Part shown: one piece after another, positions 25,092 through 27,905 of the stretch | Position numbering within the stretch: position 1 is the stretch's first letter | Layout of the letters: each line of letters starts with the position of its first letter | Assembly: GCA_938008925.1 (NCBI GenBank) | Contig: CALLIQ010000607.1 | Coordinates: forward strand, 1-27,905 | Length of the DNA stretch: 27,905 nucleotides | Reading direction: 5' to 3' | Source: an uncultured Acidimicrobiales bacterium | Lineage (GTDB): Bacteria > Actinomycetota > Acidimicrobiia > Acidimicrobiales > SZUA-35 | Notes under the pieces: model-generated | Database searches by the model: none | The model's input: the letters and a program-made list of their open reading frames with translations, nothing else | What the model was told of the DNA's origin: nothing | Position numbers and translations under genes: made by a program

Positions 25092-26260
25092 CTGCTGTTT
25101 CTGATCGTCGCCAGCTCGCCTACATCGCGGCCCAGGCCGCCGATGCTCGAGTCAACATCGAGCTCGAGGCCGAGGGCATGACCCTCAACATCGGCCCGCA
25201 GCACCCGGCCACCCACGGCACGCTTCGCATCGTGGCCCGCCTCGATGGCGAGCAGGTGATCGAAGCCGATCCGATCATGGGCTACATGCACCGCGGCTAC
25301 GAGAAGCTCGCCGAGGTGCGGACCTATCCGCAGGTCACGACGCTCATCAACCGCATCGACTGGCTCGGCAGCTTCGCAAACGAGGTGCCGTTCATCCTCG
25401 CTGCCGAGCAGCTGATGGACATCGAGGCACCGCCTCGGGCCCAGCACATCCGCACGATCCTGTTCGAGCTCGCTCGCATTGCGAACGTCACGCTGTTCCT
25501 CGGCGACATGGGCGTGCAGCTCGGCGCGGTCACGCCCGTCTTCTACGCCTTCCGCGATCGTGAGCACGTGCTCAACCAGATCGAGGCCGCCACCGGTGGT
25601 CGGTTCCACCCGAACTTCGACCGCATCGGCGGCCTGAAGGACGATCTGCCGGCAGGTTGGATCGAGGAGACCAAGCGGTCCCTCAAGGAGATCCGCAAGT
25701 TCTGCGATCAGATGGACGACTTGATCGTCGGCAACGAGATCTTCCAGGCCCGTACCCGCGGCATCGGCGTGATTCCTGCCGACGTCGCCCTGAGCTACGG
25801 CCTGTCCGGCGCCAACGTGCGCTCGAGCGGTGTCGACTGGGACCTCCGTCGAGACAACCCGGTCGGCCTCGCCTACGACAAGGTCGACTGGAAGGTCTGG
25901 ACCCACCCAGACGGCGACTCGTTCGCTCGCTATTGGGTCCGTCTCCAAGAGGTGCGCGAGAGCTGCAACATCGTCGAGCAGCTCCTCGACACGATTCCCA
26001 GCGGCCCGATCATGGCCAAGGTGCCCCGCATCATCAAGGTGCCCGAGGGTGAGGCCTACGTCGAGACCGAGAACCCGCTGGGCGTGATGGGCTACTACGT
26101 CGTGTCGAAGGGCGGGCTCAACCCGTTCCGGGTCAAGATCCGTTCCGCCAGCTTCTCGAACATGTCGATCAGCCCGTGGCTGCTCAAGGGCTCCTACGTG
26201 CCCGACGTGATCACGATCTTGGCCAGCCTGTACTTCATCCTCGGAGACATCGACCGTTAA
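25088..26260 (+). CDS. nuoD: NADH-quinone oxidoreductase subunit D (cluster 2)
   Basis: LNIGPQHPATHGTLR, GYMHRGYEK, GEAYVETENPLG, FILGDIDR; no NiFe CxxC motifs. Confidence 0.96.
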   Translation: MTAVSDRRQLAYIAAQAADARVNIELEAEGMTLNIGPQHPATHGTLRIVARLDGEQVIEADPIMGYMHRGYEKLAEVRTYPQVTTLINRIDWLGSFANEVPFILAAEQLMDIEAPPRAQHIRTILFELARIANVTLFLGDMGVQLGAVTPVFYAFRDREHVLNQIEAATGGRFHPNFDRIGGLKDDLPAGWIEETKRSLKEIRKFCDQMDDLIVGNEIFQARTRGIGVIPADVALSYGLSGANVRSSGVDWDLRRDNPVGLAYDKVDWKVWTHPDGDSFARYWVRLQEVRESCNIVEQLLDTIPSGPIMAKVPRIIKVPEGEAYVETENPLGVMGYYVVSKGGLNPFRVKIRSASFSNMSISPWLLKGSYVPDVITILASLYFILGDIDR

Positions 26261-27334
26261 ATGTTGACCTCTCTCTTTGCAGTTGATTGGCCTTGGGCCA
26301 ACTGGCCCTGGTGGGCCGACACCAGCGTCAAGATGGTCTTCGCCATCGTCGCGGTGCTCATCCCCGCCGGCGGCACCGTCTACCTCTATCTCTTCAAGAT
26401 GGTCTCGTTCATGCAGAGCCGTCTCGGACCGATGGAAGCCGGCCCCTACGGCTCGCTCCAGTTGCTCGCCGAGCTCGGCAAGAACGTCCAGAAGGAAGAC
26501 ATCTTCCCGGAGAAGGCCGATCGTTGGGTCTTCGCCCTGGCGCCCTACGTGGTGCTGATGAGCACCTTCTTGCTCGCCGTGGTCGTCCCGTTCGGTCCGC
26601 AGGCGCAGTTCACCAACCTCGACACCGGCGTCTACCTCGCCCTCGCCGTCTCGTCCATCTCGGTCGTCGGCATCTTGATGGCCGGCTGGGCCAGCGCATC
26701 GAAGTACTCACTGCTCGGTGGGCTTCGAGCCGCCGGTCAGCTCATCGCCTACGAGTTGCCGCTGATCCTCGCCGTCGTCGGCGTGGTCATCCAGGCCGGC
26801 ACGCTCAACCTGCAAGAGATCGTCGCTGCGCAGAATCAGCAGGAGATCTTCGGCTGGGGAGCGATCGGCAACCCCTTCATCCTCACCCAGGGCCTCGGCT
26901 TCTTGATCTTCATGATCGCCGTGCAGGCCGAGCTCACGCAGGGCCCGTTCGACATGCCCGTCGCTGAGTCGGAGCTCGTGTCGGGCTACATGACGGAGTA
27001 CTCCGGCTTCCGATTCCTGATGTTCTTCATCGGCGAATTCGCAACGGCGAACATCTTCGCCTTCCTCGGCTCGGTGCTGTTCCTCGGCGGCTGGGCGCTT
27101 CCGCCGTTCGTCACCGACCTGCTCGGCATCGAGTGGAACTCGCCATGGATGAATGTCATCGGCCCGGCCGTGATGTTCACCAAGATGCTCTTGATCACAT
27201 TCGTGATCTACTGGGTCCGCTTCACCTACCCCCGCTTCCGCGAGGACCAGCTGCAGAAGTTCGCCTGGAAGGTGCTCATTCCGCTGTCGCTCGTCAACAT
27301 CGCCATCACCGGTGCTCTCAAGGTGGCGTTCTGA
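26261..27334 (+). CDS. nuoH: NADH-quinone oxidoreductase subunit H (copy 2)
   Basis: [59 protein letters not shown]. Follows nuoD directly. Confidence 0.95.
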   Translation: MLTSLFAVDWPWANWPWWADTSVKMVFAIVAVLIPAGGTVYLYLFKMVSFMQSRLGPMEAGPYGSLQLLAELGKNVQKEDIFPEKADRWVFALAPYVVLMSTFLLAVVVPFGPQAQFTNLDTGVYLALAVSSISVVGILMAGWASASKYSLLGGLRAAGQLIAYELPLILAVVGVVIQAGTLNLQEIVAAQNQQEIFGWGAIGNPFILTQGLGFLIFMIAVQAELTQGPFDMPVAESELVSGYMTEYSGFRFLMFFIGEFATANIFAFLGSVLFLGGWALPPFVTDLLGIEWNSPWMNVIGPAVMFTKMLLITFVIYWVRFTYPRFREDQLQKFAWKVLIPLSLVNIAITGALKVAF

Positions 27335-27381
27335 TGATGTTCGGCCACACTGTTCGCCGCATGCGCGTGGGAGAAGTCTGA
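27334..27381 (+). CDS. Possible 15-aa bridging mini-ORF ([15 protein letters not shown]) between nuoH2 and nuoI2
   Basis: Its ATG overlaps the nuoH2 stop (TGATG) and its own TGA overlaps the nuoI2 ATG (TGATG). Confidence 0.3.
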   Translation: MMFGHTVRRMRVGEV

Positions 27382-27887
27382 TGGGTCTCGTTCCCGGTTT
27401 GGTCACCGGTCTCGGTGTCACGTTCAAAGAGATCGTCAAGACGGTCACCAAGGGTGCCGAGACGGTGCAGTACCCCCACGTCAAGGAGGATCCGCCCGCC
27501 CGTGCGCGCGGCGTGATCGCTCTACACGAGGAGAACTGCACCTCGTGCATGCTCTGCTCGCGCGAGTGCCCCGACTGGTGCATCTACATCGAAGGTCACA
27601 AGACCCTCGCCCCGCCCCGTCGTGCCGGTGGCAAACCCCGAACCGTCAACAAGCTCGACCGGTTCGACATCGACTACAGCCTCTGCATGTACTGCGGGAT
27701 CTGCGTCGAGGTCTGCCCCTTCGAAGCGCTGTTCTGGAGCCCTGAGTACGAGTACTCCGAGCCTCGCATCGCCGACCTCCTCCACGACAAGAGCCGTCTC
27801 GGCCAGTGGATGGAGACCGTGCCGGAGTTCGAGTCCTACGAAGGCGGCTCCGAGGTCAAGACCAAGAAGGTGCCGCGCCCCGCATGA
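27381..27887 (+). CDS. nuoI: NADH-quinone oxidoreductase subunit I (copy 2), 2x[4Fe-4S]
   Basis: [14 protein letters not shown] and [19 protein letters not shown]. Start at ATG 27381 with GGAGA upstream. Confidence 0.95.
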   Translation: MGLVPGLVTGLGVTFKEIVKTVTKGAETVQYPHVKEDPPARARGVIALHEENCTSCMLCSRECPDWCIYIEGHKTLAPPRRAGGKPRTVNKLDRFDIDYSLCMYCGICVEVCPFEALFWSPEYEYSEPRIADLLHDKSRLGQWMETVPEFESYEGGSEVKTKKVPRPA

Positions 27888-27905
27888 CCGCGCTGATCCT
27901 CTTCG
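27884..27905 (+). CDS. 5' end of the next gene, probably nuoJ copy 2 (MTALILF...), truncated by the window edge
   Basis: ATGA overlap with the nuoI2 stop, hydrophobic start, expected operon order; only 7 codons are visible. Confidence 0.45.

Noticed and set aside
25088-26260. Cluster 2 as a group 4 [NiFe]-hydrogenase
   Set aside because: NuoD2 lacks the N- and C-terminal CxxC Ni-binding motifs and ends in GDIDR like complex I.
1-27887. Further Sec or read-through events at other TGA stops, including the tandem TGATGA at the ends of nuoM and nuoH2
   Set aside because: The other TGAs fall at natural protein ends, mostly in ATGA/TGATG coupling overlaps, and not at Cys-equivalent positions.
1-27905. 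CRISPR arrays, tRNA/rRNA genes, IS elements, prophage genes, intrinsic terminators
   Set aside because: Intergenic gaps are almost all under 100 bp and show no repeat-spacer arrays, cloverleafs, transposase or integrase motifs, or convincing hairpin-plus-U-tract terminators.

Overview
High-GC actinobacterial DNA, probably class Acidimicrobiia (inferred from gene content, codon style and leaderless-type promoters). The window holds two paralogous complex I (nuo) clusters. Cluster 1 (1-12571) is the distal part of a canonical operon, nuoF-G-H-I-J-K-L-M-N. Cluster 2 (23355 to the end) is nuoA-B-C-D-H-I-(J...) and has no nuoEFG between nuoD and nuoH. Between them lies an ~11 kb mixed region: atypical receiver protein, YczE-like membrane protein, dusB, LLM oxidoreductase, two lipoproteins, APH-like kinase, EEP hydrolase, VOC protein, SDR and glgB. 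The best find is at 22625-23296. The ORF track splits it in two, but it reads as one Mpt53/DsbE-like thioredoxin-fold lipoprotein whose CxxC motif is TGA-CCG-TTT-TGA (U-P-F-U). A hairpin with a GGUC loop, resembling the E. coli fdhF SECIS, follows. This is a candidate double-selenocysteine (UxxU) extracytoplasmic selenoprotein. Other oddities: a ~150-aa Ala/Glu/Lys coiled-coil insertion in NuoL, loss of the N7 cysteines in NuoG, Tyr->Trp at the NuoD2 quinone site, His/Asp-rich tails on several Nuo subunits, and a CheY-like protein with an ERR/DRR tail. I found no rRNA, tRNA, CRISPR array or mobile element. No database searches were run; family calls rest on motifs recognised by eye.
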